The position numbers and the translations under genes were made by a program. The notes under the pieces are model-generated. The model had not been told where the DNA came from and made no database searches. It saw only the letters and a list, made by a program, of their open reading frames with translations. Below, piece by piece: positions 16,609 through 25,444 of a stretch of 34,629 nt of DNA. The number at the start of each line of letters is the position of its first letter. Within the stretch, counting starts at the first letter, position 1. The stretch comes from Deltaproteobacteria bacterium (GTDB lineage: Bacteria; Myxococcota_A; UBA796; CAJQPC01): the NCBI GenBank assembly GCA_016719515.1, contig JADJYZ010000037.1, forward strand, positions 1 to 34,629. The letters are read 5' to 3'.

Positions 16609-17562
16609 TCAGGACTCTGGGGCGTCGCTGCCGTTGTGGACGTTCACGATGGTGAGCTGCTCGACGGCGATGCGCACCTGGCCGCTGAGGCGGCGGCGCT
16701 CAAACAGCCGCGCCGCGCCCTCGACGCCCGCTTGGGCCACCTGCTCTCGGGCGCGGAAGAGGTGCAGGGTGAGCAGGCCGGGCTCTAAGGACAACATCCG
16801 CGAGAGCTCATCGGCGTAACGCCAGCCCAGCTCCGCGGGGCGAACCCCGGCGGCGAGATCCTCAAGCCGCGCCCGGGCCAAGGCCAAGGTCACGAGGTGA
16901 TGCACCCGAGAGCTGAGCACGATGGCGCCGCCCCGGTGCTTGATCTCCACATCGACGTGCTCTTGATCTTGGCTCACGCGGAGGGTGAGGGCGATGGTCT
17001 CTAAGCGTGGGCGCAGAGAGGTGTCCCAGGTGGTCGGCAGCTCAGCGCTTCGCGGCGCGACGGGCAAGATGAGGCGCCAAGACTCGTCTCCTAAGACGAG
17101 GCGCTGGCCATCGAGCGCCTCGGACTCCAGGCCCTCGTGCTCGACGATCCAGTGGCCGTCGTTGCCTTCGTAGACGATGGCGAGCATCCCTTCCGCGCTG
17201 GGCAGGCTGAGGATCTCGGCCTCGGACACCCGCAGGAGCTGATCGGCCTCTCGGACCGCCGCCGCGCCTGGGGGGCCGTCGTGGGCGAGCACGAAGCCGC
17301 GGTGGGGGCCGAAGCGCACGCTGACGCCGGCGCTGAGCCCGCGACCGCGGCCGCTCTCCAGGCGCTCGCCGTCTACAAAAGTGCCGTTTCGACTGCCAAG
17401 ATCACGCAGTTGCCACTCTTTGCCGGTCCAGCGTAAAGCGGCGTGCTCAGCGCTGATCTGGCGATCGTCGATGCGCACGGCGCAGTGGCCCGCGCGGCCG
17501 ATGAGCGTGCGCGCGCCGAGGGCGATCAGGGCGTGGTCGTCGTCGGATCGGAGAATTCCCAT
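16609..17562 (-). CDS. FHA domain-containing protein.
   Basis: The N-terminal LIGRAGHCAVRIDDRQISAEHAAL...GSRNGTFVDGERL is a canonical FHA fold signature. Confidence 0.85.
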   Translation of the reverse strand: MGILRSDDDHALIALGARTLIGRAGHCAVRIDDRQISAEHAALRWTGKEWQLRDLGSRNGTFVDGERLESGRGRGLSAGVSVRFGPHRGFVLAHDGPPGAAAVREADQLLRVSEAEILSLPSAEGMLAIVYEGNDGHWIVEHEGLESEALDGQRLVLGDESWRLILPVAPRSAELPTTWDTSLRPRLETIALTLRVSQDQEHVDVEIKHRGGAIVLSSRVHHLVTLALARARLEDLAAGVRPAELGWRYADELSRMLSLEPGLLTLHLFRAREQVAQAGVEGAARLFERRRLSGQVRIAVEQLTIVNVHNGSDAPES

Positions 17563-17749
17563 AGGCGGGAACGTAGCACGCTAGGTCACTCTGAACGCCC
17601 CCAACAGACGCCCTTGAGGGCCTGAACCAATCAAAGTCCGCACGATACCCGCCGAAATCAATTGAAAGAGAGGCGGCGAAGCGCCTGATCTATGCTGCGC
17701 TAGGTTCGCGCGGCGCGTGACCCTGCGACCCCCTCACGGAGAATGACTG

Positions 17750-19222
17750 ATGTCCGGCAACACCTATGTGGTCCTGATTGGTGTCAACGAGTACCCCAAG
17801 CTTGGGGCGGGCGCCTCGCTCAAGGGCTCCTGCAACGACATGCGCCACTGGCTGCGCTTCGCCCGGGTGAGCCTCGGGGTGCCCGGCGAGCAGGTTCAGC
17901 TCCTCACCCACCCGGCCCTTGAGGGCGAAGACGTGCGGCTGCCCAAGGGCCACCACCGCGGCGCGAGCTTGGCCGAGGCGAACGGGGCGATCGACGCCCT
18001 CATCCATTGGCTGCAAGAGAACCCCACGGGCACCGGGCTCATCGTGTACTCCGGCCACGGCGGCCACATCAACCCCGGCGACGACCCCACCGCCACCGAC
18101 TTTGACGGCGACCGCCTCGCCTTGGGCCTCAGCGACGCGGAGATCACCGACGGCACCCTCCGCGGCGCCCTCGTCGTTCAGCAGCTTGACCTGCGCCTCG
18201 CCGCCTTGGGCTTGAACGAGCGCGTGACCTTGGTGATCGACGCCTGCTATGGCGACCTCAACGTGCAGCGTTTTGACCGGGAGCTGATCACCGCCGAGCC
18301 CCAGCCCGACGCCACGACCGGCCTGCGGGTGCTGCTCTCCACCGCCGTCGGCGCGGCCAGCTACGAGGCCTACATCGCCGGTCAGTGGCAGAGCGCCTAC
18401 TCCTTCGCGCTCCTCACCCTGCTCAGCCAGTGGGGCAACGCCCAGGTGGGCGGCGTTCACATCGTCCGGGCGAGCCACCGCGAGCTGACCTTCCGGGCGC
18501 GTGAGCTGCTCAACGTGCTCGGCTACACCGACCAGGCCCCGGCCTTCGCGGGGGCGGCGCGGGCGCTGGACGCCCCGTTCAACAACCCGTCGATCCTTGA
18601 GGTGCCGGTGAGGCCCTCGTGGGTGCCGGACGGCAACCGGAAGATCAAGGAGCTGGGCGGGGACGCTGACGACCTGGGCGTCTGGACGTTGAAGACCGGC
18701 AGCACCATCCTCGCGACGGGGCTGGTGAACAACTCCGGCGCGGCGGTGAGCTTCAACGGCGGCGGCTCGACCATCCAGAACGGCAAGGCGATGTGGTACC
18801 TCCGCAGCACCGGGGCGCCGCAGAGCTTCAGCAGCCTCACGATGGAGTGGCTGGCCCAGACCGCCAGCGGCGGATCGATCTCGTGGAACGTGCCCTCCAA
18901 CCTCACTTATGCCGAGACCGAGGACTACGCGCCGTCGATGACGACGATCACCACGGCCCCGGCGGGCACCTCCTTCGGCAACTTCAGCATCAACGACGCC
19001 AACAGCGACCCCAAGAGCATGTGGGTGTCCGTCGAGGTGACCTCCAACGGCGCGGGCAGCTACAAGGTCAACACCCTCTCGTTCACCGCGACGAGCAGCG
19101 TCACGCCTTACAAGGTCACCCCGTTGCCTCCGCCCGGCTCGAGCTCGGGGAGCTGGACCAAGAACCAGTCCAACATCCCCTTCACCGTCGGCGTGACCTA
19201 CTCCTCCAACACCCTCGGCTGA
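17750..19222 (+). CDS. Caspase-family (peptidase C14) protein with a C-terminal Ser/Thr/Asn/Gly-rich beta-type domain of about 240 aa.
   Basis: His/Cys dyad context, YSGHGG and LVIDACYGD. No signal peptide. The C-terminal half is a low-complexity S/T/N-rich region. Confidence 0.85.
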   Translation: MSGNTYVVLIGVNEYPKLGAGASLKGSCNDMRHWLRFARVSLGVPGEQVQLLTHPALEGEDVRLPKGHHRGASLAEANGAIDALIHWLQENPTGTGLIVYSGHGGHINPGDDPTATDFDGDRLALGLSDAEITDGTLRGALVVQQLDLRLAALGLNERVTLVIDACYGDLNVQRFDRELITAEPQPDATTGLRVLLSTAVGAASYEAYIAGQWQSAYSFALLTLLSQWGNAQVGGVHIVRASHRELTFRARELLNVLGYTDQAPAFAGAARALDAPFNNPSILEVPVRPSWVPDGNRKIKELGGDADDLGVWTLKTGSTILATGLVNNSGAAVSFNGGGSTIQNGKAMWYLRSTGAPQSFSSLTMEWLAQTASGGSISWNVPSNLTYAETEDYAPSMTTITTAPAGTSFGNFSINDANSDPKSMWVSVEVTSNGAGSYKVNTLSFTATSSVTPYKVTPLPPPGSSSGSWTKNQSNIPFTVGVTYSSNTLG

Positions 19223-21570
19223 GGAACGGGCCACACCACCCGCAGCCCCATCGTTAAAAAATGGCGCTCTGGGGTGTTTCCGAAGCGGGTGGCGAGGCGC
19301 TGGGTCATCGGGGGGGAGCCAAAAAAGCCCCCCCGCACCGCGCGGTGGGTGCCCGCATCGGGGGAGTCAACCACCCGGCCATCCTGGATCGGTCCACGGA
19401 CCGACCACCAGTTGCGGCACCAAGTGCGGGCGTTTCCGGCGAGGTCACGCACGCCGTAGGGGCTCTCGTCCGCCTCAAACTCACCGACCGAGAGCAGGCC
19501 CGGCGGCGAAGGAACGGAGCCCAACACCCTCGACCAACGTGGCTCCAGCTCCCGGCCCCAAGGGGTGTACCGCCCGTCCACACCGCGCCCGGCCTTCTCG
19601 ATCTCAAGCTCGTTGGGCAGGTGTCCGCCCATCCAAGCGGCGGCGCGCGCGGCGGCGTCCCACGAGATCGCCGTCACCGGATGATTGACCTCCCCGGGAC
19701 GGCCGAGCACCACACGGTCCCCGCTGCGCACGAGATACTGGTCTTTTATGCTGACCCAGGGCCAACAGCTCTCCACCCCCGCCTCATCCCCAGCGGCGAT
19801 GAGCGCCTCCAAAAACGCCGCGTACTCCCCCAAGGTCACCGGGAAACGCCCCAAGACGAAGCCGTCTACCCACACCCGCTGCCGGGGCAGGCTGTCGGCG
19901 GCGAAGGGGTCTCCGCCGACGATGCAGTAGCCCGGCGGGATGTAGACCTGGTCGTCACGAAGCTCGCCGGGCTCGGGGATCACGATCAGCGCGGGCTCAC
20001 CCCCCTCGGGAGGCACGCCGTCCCAGCGCCCGGCGCGCTCCATGAGCACGGGGTAACGAACGGTGACGCCGTCGGCCTCCAAGGTGACGAGCCAAGATCC
20101 CCGGGGCACGGTCACCTCACGCAGGGGCGTCACGCCGAGGCGCCGCTCGGGCTCGGGCACGAGGCGACGACCCTGCTCGACGAAGCGGTGCAGCCAGGCG
20201 ACGGCGGGCCGGGACGTGCGGATGGACAAGGCGCCGTCGCCCTTGAGGTACGCCGCGTGTCGCCCGCGGTCGTGGCTCGCGAGCAGCAGCTCCGCCCGCT
20301 GCGTCGCCAACGGATCAAGCTGGCGATCGGCGCGCTCCAGCTCGTCGCGGTAGTGGTCGGCGAGGAGCGCGTGGGCCTCGGGAAGCTCGGGATCCCGGTT
20401 GAGCGCGGCGCGGAGATCCTGGTGCCAGGCGACCTCTCGTAAGGTCACCTCGGACTCTAAGGCGGCGGCGCGGTCCTGCATCTCCCAGATGGGCAGCTTG
20501 GACTCGACGGGCGCTTCAGCGCTCAACGACTCCAAGAGCGAGGCGGCGTGGGCCCGAAGCGCCTCGGCCTCCCGCTGGAGCTTGAGGATCCCCGGGCGCT
20601 GGGCCTCGGCGCGGCGCGTCTGGGCGAGGGCCTCGGCGCGGCGCAACGAGCCGTCGAGCCACAACGAGAGCGCCTCGGCCATCGCGCCGGCGTCGGGGTA
20701 GCGGTGAATGGGGTCGGGCATCAGCGCCCGGCCGCAGATGTGGCGCAGCTCGGGGGGGAGCTCCGCGCGCTCGATGGCCTCGGGCCAGCGCGGCGGGTCG
20801 GAGACGAGGCGCCGCCAGATGAGCTTGGGGTCGCCCTCCAGGGGGCCTCGACCGCACAGGACGCTGTGCAGCACGGCGCCCAGACCGTACACGTCCGAGG
20901 CCGGCCCCACCTGATCGTGCTGGCCCCGCGCCTGCTCTGGCGACATAAACGCCGGGGTGCCCAGCACCGCGCCGCCCAAGGTGACGCCCTCGTTCTCCCA
21001 GACCGGCGCCCCGGCGAAGGGCGGCAGCTCCGGCGCGCCGATCCACCGCGCCAGCCCCCAGTCCATCACCCGCACCTCACCGAAGCGCCCCACCATGAGG
21101 TTCGCGGGCTTGAGGTCGCGGTGCAGCACCCCGCGGCTGTGGGCGTACCCGACGGCGTCGCAGATGCTTCGCACCAGGGTGACGAGGCGGTGAACCACGT
21201 CGGGGCCCACGGCCGGGCCGGTGATCATCTCGCCCAGCGTCTTGCCATCCACCAAGGTCATCGTGAACCAGAGGCGCCCGTCAAGAAGCTCTCCGCGGTC
21301 CATCACCGAGACGACGCCGGGGTGCTGCAGCCGCGCCGTGGTCGCGATCTCCCCCAGAAACCTCGCCCGCGCGGCGGCGCTCTCCAGGAGCTCCCAGCCG
21401 AGCACCTTCATCGCCACGGGCACCCGCAGCTTGTGATCCCACACCCGGCGAACCTCCCCCATGCCGCCCCGGGCGATGAGCCCGAGGTCGTGGTACCGCG
21501 CCTCGGGCGACTCAAAGGCCGCCACGGCCGCGGGCTCCCCGTCTGGGGTCCAGGTGGTCTCGTCGTGCAT
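19198..21570 (-). CDS. Ser/Thr protein kinase fused to a C-terminal formylglycine-generating enzyme (FGE-sulfatase/SUMF1-like) domain.
   Basis: Kinase motifs GLIARGGMGEV, AMK, HRDLKPANLMV and DWGLA. The C-terminal region ends RAVRGGFFGS, as FGE does. The likely start is the ATG at 21570 (MHDETTW...). The ORF-track extension to 21702 is Arg/Pro-rich. Confidence 0.8.
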   Translation of the reverse strand: MHDETTWTPDGEPAAVAAFESPEARYHDLGLIARGGMGEVRRVWDHKLRVPVAMKVLGWELLESAAARARFLGEIATTARLQHPGVVSVMDRGELLDGRLWFTMTLVDGKTLGEMITGPAVGPDVVHRLVTLVRSICDAVGYAHSRGVLHRDLKPANLMVGRFGEVRVMDWGLARWIGAPELPPFAGAPVWENEGVTLGGAVLGTPAFMSPEQARGQHDQVGPASDVYGLGAVLHSVLCGRGPLEGDPKLIWRRLVSDPPRWPEAIERAELPPELRHICGRALMPDPIHRYPDAGAMAEALSLWLDGSLRRAEALAQTRRAEAQRPGILKLQREAEALRAHAASLLESLSAEAPVESKLPIWEMQDRAAALESEVTLREVAWHQDLRAALNRDPELPEAHALLADHYRDELERADRQLDPLATQRAELLLASHDRGRHAAYLKGDGALSIRTSRPAVAWLHRFVEQGRRLVPEPERRLGVTPLREVTVPRGSWLVTLEADGVTVRYPVLMERAGRWDGVPPEGGEPALIVIPEPGELRDDQVYIPPGYCIVGGDPFAADSLPRQRVWVDGFVLGRFPVTLGEYAAFLEALIAAGDEAGVESCWPWVSIKDQYLVRSGDRVVLGRPGEVNHPVTAISWDAAARAAAWMGGHLPNELEIEKAGRGVDGRYTPWGRELEPRWSRVLGSVPSPPGLLSVGEFEADESPYGVRDLAGNARTWCRNWWSVRGPIQDGRVVDSPDAGTHRAVRGGFFGSPPMTQRLATRFGNTPERHFLTMGLRVVWPVPQPRVLEE

Positions 21571-21719
21571 GATGAATGCTACAGCGCGGAGGGATCCCCG
21601 GTCAAGGCGGAGGCGCTGCCGCGCCCTTGATGGCCCAGGCGGCGATTGACGCCGGGGGGTGGCGGCGGGCGCCTCGCCGGGTGAGAGTACAGCGTGCCTC
21701 ACCTCCTCTGGAGCCGCTG

Positions 21720-22331
21720 ATGTCGATCCCGGTCCCCCTTCGTTGTGATTGTGGCGCTGTTGCCGGGGAGATCACCGTGAGCCCCGGCGCCGGCAACCAC
21801 TGCGTCTGTTTCTGCGACGACTGCCAGGCCTTCGCCGCCGCCTTGGGCCGCGAGGACGTGCTCGACGCCTGGGGCGGCACCGACATCTACCAGACCGCCC
21901 CTGCGCGTCTGCGCATCACCCAAGGTCAAGACGAGCTGCGCGCCCTGCGCCTCAACCCCAAGGGCCTCGTGCGCTGGTACACCGCCTGCTGCAAGACGCC
22001 CGTGGGCAACATGATGGCCACGCCCCGCTCCCCCTTCGTCGGCGTCATCAGCCGCTTCATCGCCCTGGACGCCGAGGCCCGCGACGCGGCCGTCGGCCCG
22101 GTGACCTCCCACGTCATGGGTCGCTTCGCCAAAGGCGGCTGCCCGCCCCACGCCCACCCCAAGGTGCCGCTCTCGGCGATGCCCGGCATGGCCAAGGTGC
22201 TGCTGCGCACGCTGTTCACCGGCGGCCACAGCCCCTCGCCGTTCATCGTCGATGGCGCCTGGCGGGTTGAGCCCGAGGTGCTGAGCCCCGAGGCCCGGGC
22301 CAAGCTCAGCCCAAGCGCGCCCACGCCTTGA
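21720..22331 (+). CDS. Cys-rich GFA/CENP-V-like zinc-binding family protein.
   Basis: Motifs CDCG...NHCVCFCDDC...WYTACC. SD tggag 9 nt upstream of the ATG at 21720. Confidence 0.65.
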   Translation: MSIPVPLRCDCGAVAGEITVSPGAGNHCVCFCDDCQAFAAALGREDVLDAWGGTDIYQTAPARLRITQGQDELRALRLNPKGLVRWYTACCKTPVGNMMATPRSPFVGVISRFIALDAEARDAAVGPVTSHVMGRFAKGGCPPHAHPKVPLSAMPGMAKVLLRTLFTGGHSPSPFIVDGAWRVEPEVLSPEARAKLSPSAPTP

Positions 22332-22347
22332 TGAGCCCGGCGAGCGC

Positions 22348-23343
22348 CTACTCCGGCGCCTCTCCCCGGCGGCGCCCGCGGGGGGCCGCGCCGACGTGCC
22401 GCCGAAACGCGCGCCGAAACGCCGCGGCGTCCGCGTAGCCCACACGCTCGGCGACGTCCTCCACCGAGGCCTGGGTGGTCTCCAGCAGGTGCGCGGCGTG
22501 GGCGACGCGGATGCGCTGCACGAAGCGCAGCGGCGTCAGCCCGACGCTCCCCTGCACACGACGGGCGAGGGTGCGCGGCGACATGCCCGCCGCCCGCGCC
22601 AGCTCATCCAGCCCGATCTGCCGCCCGAGGTTGGCCACGACCAGCTCCTCGACACGTTTGAGCGCGGGGTCATAGGTCGAGAGGTGGTCGAGCACCATGT
22701 ACCGGCCCTGGGCGGGGCGCGCGTCGAGCACGAGGTACTGGGCGGCGAGGTGGCCCACCGCCGGGGACGCCACCCGCGAGACCACGGCCAGCACAAGATC
22801 GGCGTGGGCGAAGGCCGCCCCCGCGGTGAGGGTGGCGCCGCTCTCCACCACCATCCGGTCGGCGCGCAGATCCACCAACGGGAACCGTCGTTTAAACGCC
22901 GGGATCAGCCACCAGGTCGTCGTCGCGCTCGCGCCGTCGAGCAGGCCCGCCGCCCCCAGAAAAAACGTCGCCGAGCACGAGGCGGCCACCGTGGCGCCGC
23001 GGGCGTGGGCGGCCTGCAGCGCGGCGAGGACCCGCCGCACGTCGGGCCGCGCGAGGGCCCGGTCCACGGCGCCGAGCGTCGGGGTGAACACGCCAGGCAC
23101 GACGACGACGTCACCCGGGCCGAGCAGCTCGGGCTCAAACGCGCCGTCTACGGCCACGGGGCGGCCCAAGAGCGAGGTGACCGGCCCGCCGTCGGCGGAG
23201 ACGACACGCTGGGTGAGGGCGCGGGACGAGCAGGGGCTCGGGGCGAGCCCGGCGCGGACGAGGCGCTGGGCGGCGCCTACGATGTCGAGGCCAAGGCCAA
23301 GCGCCCCCTCCAGCACGTCATTCAGCGCGAGATGCACGATCAT
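22348..23343 (-). CDS. GlxA-family transcriptional regulator with a DJ-1/PfpI-like domain and an AraC-type HTH.
   Basis: The C-terminal AraC HTH reads LDELARAAGMSPRTLARRVQGSVGLTPLRFVQRIRVAHAAHLLETT...VGYADAAAFRRAFRR. Confidence 0.85.
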   Translation of the reverse strand: MIVHLALNDVLEGALGLGLDIVGAAQRLVRAGLAPSPCSSRALTQRVVSADGGPVTSLLGRPVAVDGAFEPELLGPGDVVVVPGVFTPTLGAVDRALARPDVRRVLAALQAAHARGATVAASCSATFFLGAAGLLDGASATTTWWLIPAFKRRFPLVDLRADRMVVESGATLTAGAAFAHADLVLAVVSRVASPAVGHLAAQYLVLDARPAQGRYMVLDHLSTYDPALKRVEELVVANLGRQIGLDELARAAGMSPRTLARRVQGSVGLTPLRFVQRIRVAHAAHLLETTQASVEDVAERVGYADAAAFRRAFRRHVGAAPRGRRRGEAPE

Positions 23344-23462
23344 GGCGGCGACCTCCGGGCCGGAAGGGTCATACGCCAGCGCTCGACGTTTGGCAAGAAC
23401 AGACCGATCATCGTCAATCCCGCCAATGGTCGTGACGCGGCGCCGCCCCTACACTGTCCCCC
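23344..23462. promoter_or_regulatory. Divergent intergenic region between the GlxA/AraC regulator and the hydrolase-GST-cupin operon.
   Basis: A 119-bp gap between divergent starts. The promoter and operator function is inferred from this arrangement. Confidence 0.35.
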
Positions 23463-24305
23463 ATGAACGACGACCCCCTCGACGACTTCTCCCGCCGCGC
23501 CATCACCCTCCAGGCGGTCGAGCGCGCCGTGTACGTCGCCGCCCCACCGGGCGACGGCGTCTTCCCCGCGGTGATCGTGCTCGCGGAGCTCCCCGGCATC
23601 AGCCCCCACGTCGCCCGCTTCGCCCGCTGGGTGCGGGACGCGGGGTTCTGCGTCTACATGCCCTCCTTGTTCGGGAGAGACGGCGCCTGGCCCGAGACGG
23701 CCGCCGGGACGAAGGTGCTGCGGGCGGCCTGCGTCAGCGCCGAGCTTCGGGCCCTCGGCGCCGGTCGGTCGAGCCCGGTGACGAGCTGGCTTGGCGCCCT
23801 GGCCCGCCTCGCCCACGCAGAGCGCGGCGGCCCCGGCGTCGGCGCCGTCGGCATGTGCCTCACGGGCAACTTCGCGCTCTCGATGATGCTGGAGCCCACG
23901 ATGTTGGCCCCGGTCCTCTGCCAGCCCTCCTTGCCCCTCGATGATCCCGCGGGGCTCAACATCGCGCCTGAGGAGCTGGCGACGGTGCGCGCGCGCCTGG
24001 AGGCCGAGGACCTCACCGTGCGCGCCTACCGCTTCGAGGGGGACCGCTTCTGCACCGCCCAGCGCTTCGCCGCGTACCAGGCGGCCCTGGGGCCCCGCTT
24101 CGAGCCCCGGGTGCTGCCGAGCGCCGCCGCCTCGCCCACCCCGCCCCCGTTCTTTCGAGACGTCGTGGCCTGCCCACACAGCGTCGTGACCGCCCACCTC
24201 ATCGACGCCGCCGGGGAGCCCACCCGGGCCGCCCGCGACGAGATCCTGTCGTTCTTGGCCGCGCGGCTGCGCCCCGCCGCGCTGAAGGAGCCCCCCAATG
24301 CTTGA
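23463..24305 (+). CDS. Dienelactone hydrolase family protein.
   Basis: Alpha/beta hydrolase of the DLH type (VIVLAELPGISPHV...GAVGMCLTGNFAL). Confidence 0.8.
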   Translation: MNDDPLDDFSRRAITLQAVERAVYVAAPPGDGVFPAVIVLAELPGISPHVARFARWVRDAGFCVYMPSLFGRDGAWPETAAGTKVLRAACVSAELRALGAGRSSPVTSWLGALARLAHAERGGPGVGAVGMCLTGNFALSMMLEPTMLAPVLCQPSLPLDDPAGLNIAPEELATVRARLEAEDLTVRAYRFEGDRFCTAQRFAAYQAALGPRFEPRVLPSAAASPTPPPFFRDVVACPHSVVTAHLIDAAGEPTRAARDEILSFLAARLRPAALKEPPNA

Positions 24306-24951
24306 GTCACCCGTCGTCATCATCGGCCGCAGCAGCTCCCACTTCACCCGCGTCGCCACCCTGTTCGCCGCCGAGCTCGGCCTGCCCTGGACCCTGGAGG
24401 TGGTCCCCCGCCTGCTCAGCCACGACCCCGCGGACTTCGGCGGGCACCCCGCCCTCAAGCTCCCGACGCTCCTCACCCAAGGGGCGCCCGTCTACGGCGC
24501 GGAGAACATCTGCCGCAAGCTCACCGCCCTCGCCGGGCGCGCCGGAGACCCCACCGTCGTGCTGCCCGAGCACGTCCACGACGACACCGCCCGGAACGCC
24601 CAGGAGCTTATCTGGGTGGCGATGAGCGCCCAGGTCTCGATGCGGCTGTTTAAGCCCGGGGAGGAGCCGCCCACGCCGTACCTGCTCAAGACCCAGGCCG
24701 GGCTCCGGGGCGCGCTGGCCTGGCTCGACGCGCGCCTCGACGACGTCCTCACCGCCCTGCCCACGCCGCGTCAGGTGAGCGTGCTAGAGGTCACCCTGCT
24801 CTGCCTCGTCGATCACCTGCGCTTCTTCCCGACCTTCCCCCTCGACGCCTACCCCCGCCTGTTGGCCTTCGCCGACGCCCAGGGCCGCCGCGAGTCCGCC
24901 CAGCGCACCGTCTTTCATTTTGACCCCCGCCCGCCCAGAGATCCCCGATGA
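24298..24951 (+). CDS. Glutathione S-transferase-like protein.
   Basis: The thioredoxin-like N-terminus (SSHFTRVATLFAAELGLPW) resembles a GST N-domain. The gene overlaps its upstream neighbour by 8 nt. Confidence 0.6.
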   Translation: MLESPVVIIGRSSSHFTRVATLFAAELGLPWTLEVVPRLLSHDPADFGGHPALKLPTLLTQGAPVYGAENICRKLTALAGRAGDPTVVLPEHVHDDTARNAQELIWVAMSAQVSMRLFKPGEEPPTPYLLKTQAGLRGALAWLDARLDDVLTALPTPRQVSVLEVTLLCLVDHLRFFPTFPLDAYPRLLAFADAQGRRESAQRTVFHFDPRPPRDPR

Positions 24952-25424
24952 AGCCCCTCACCCTCCCCGCCCTCGACCCCGCCACCGTCACGCCGCGCAC
25001 GGGCTCGGGCTACCCAGAGCCCTTCCGCTCCCGGGTGCTCCCCCGGGAGAAGCGCGCCCTGGGCGACGCCCTCGGCCTCACCCGCTTCGGCGTGAACCTC
25101 ACGACCCTCGCCCCAGGGCGCGAGTCCTCAATCCGCCATCACCACTCCCACGAGGACGAGCTCGTCTACGTCTTGGAGGGTGAGCTGGTGCTGCGCACCG
25201 ACGCCGGAGAGCAGCGCCTCACGGCGGGCATGTGCGCGGGCTTCCCCGCGGGATCGGGCGACGCCCACCAGCTCGTGAACCGCGGCGACGCCCCCGCCCG
25301 ATTCTTAGAGATCGGCAGCCGCGACCCCGACGACGCCGTCGAGTACCCCGACGACGACCTCGCCGTCCACAAAGACGCCACGGGCGCCTACGTGTTCACC
25401 CGCCGCGACGGCTCCTCGCCCTGA
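24948..25424 (+). CDS. Cupin domain protein.
   Basis: Cupin motifs HHHSHEDELVYVLEG ... GDAHQLVN. ATGA overlap with the upstream gene. Confidence 0.8.
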   Translation: MKPLTLPALDPATVTPRTGSGYPEPFRSRVLPREKRALGDALGLTRFGVNLTTLAPGRESSIRHHHSHEDELVYVLEGELVLRTDAGEQRLTAGMCAGFPAGSGDAHQLVNRGDAPARFLEIGSRDPDDAVEYPDDDLAVHKDATGAYVFTRRDGSSP

Positions 25425-25444
25425 GCGCGTCGGCGCCGGGCCGC

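Noticed and set aside
17563-17749. Direct 8-mer repeat cgctaggt (17578 and 17698) in the FHA/caspase divergent intergenic region as a regulator binding site.
   Set aside because: A single shared 8-mer in about 190 bp is within chance expectation. It is noted only as a place to look for operators.
21571-21702. N-terminal 44-codon extension of the kinase::FGE gene from a GTG at 21702.
   Set aside because: The extension is Arg/Pro-rich low complexity with an SD placed too close to the GTG. The ATG at 21570 (MHDETTW) gives a conventional kinase N-terminus and leaves a 149-bp divergent promoter region.
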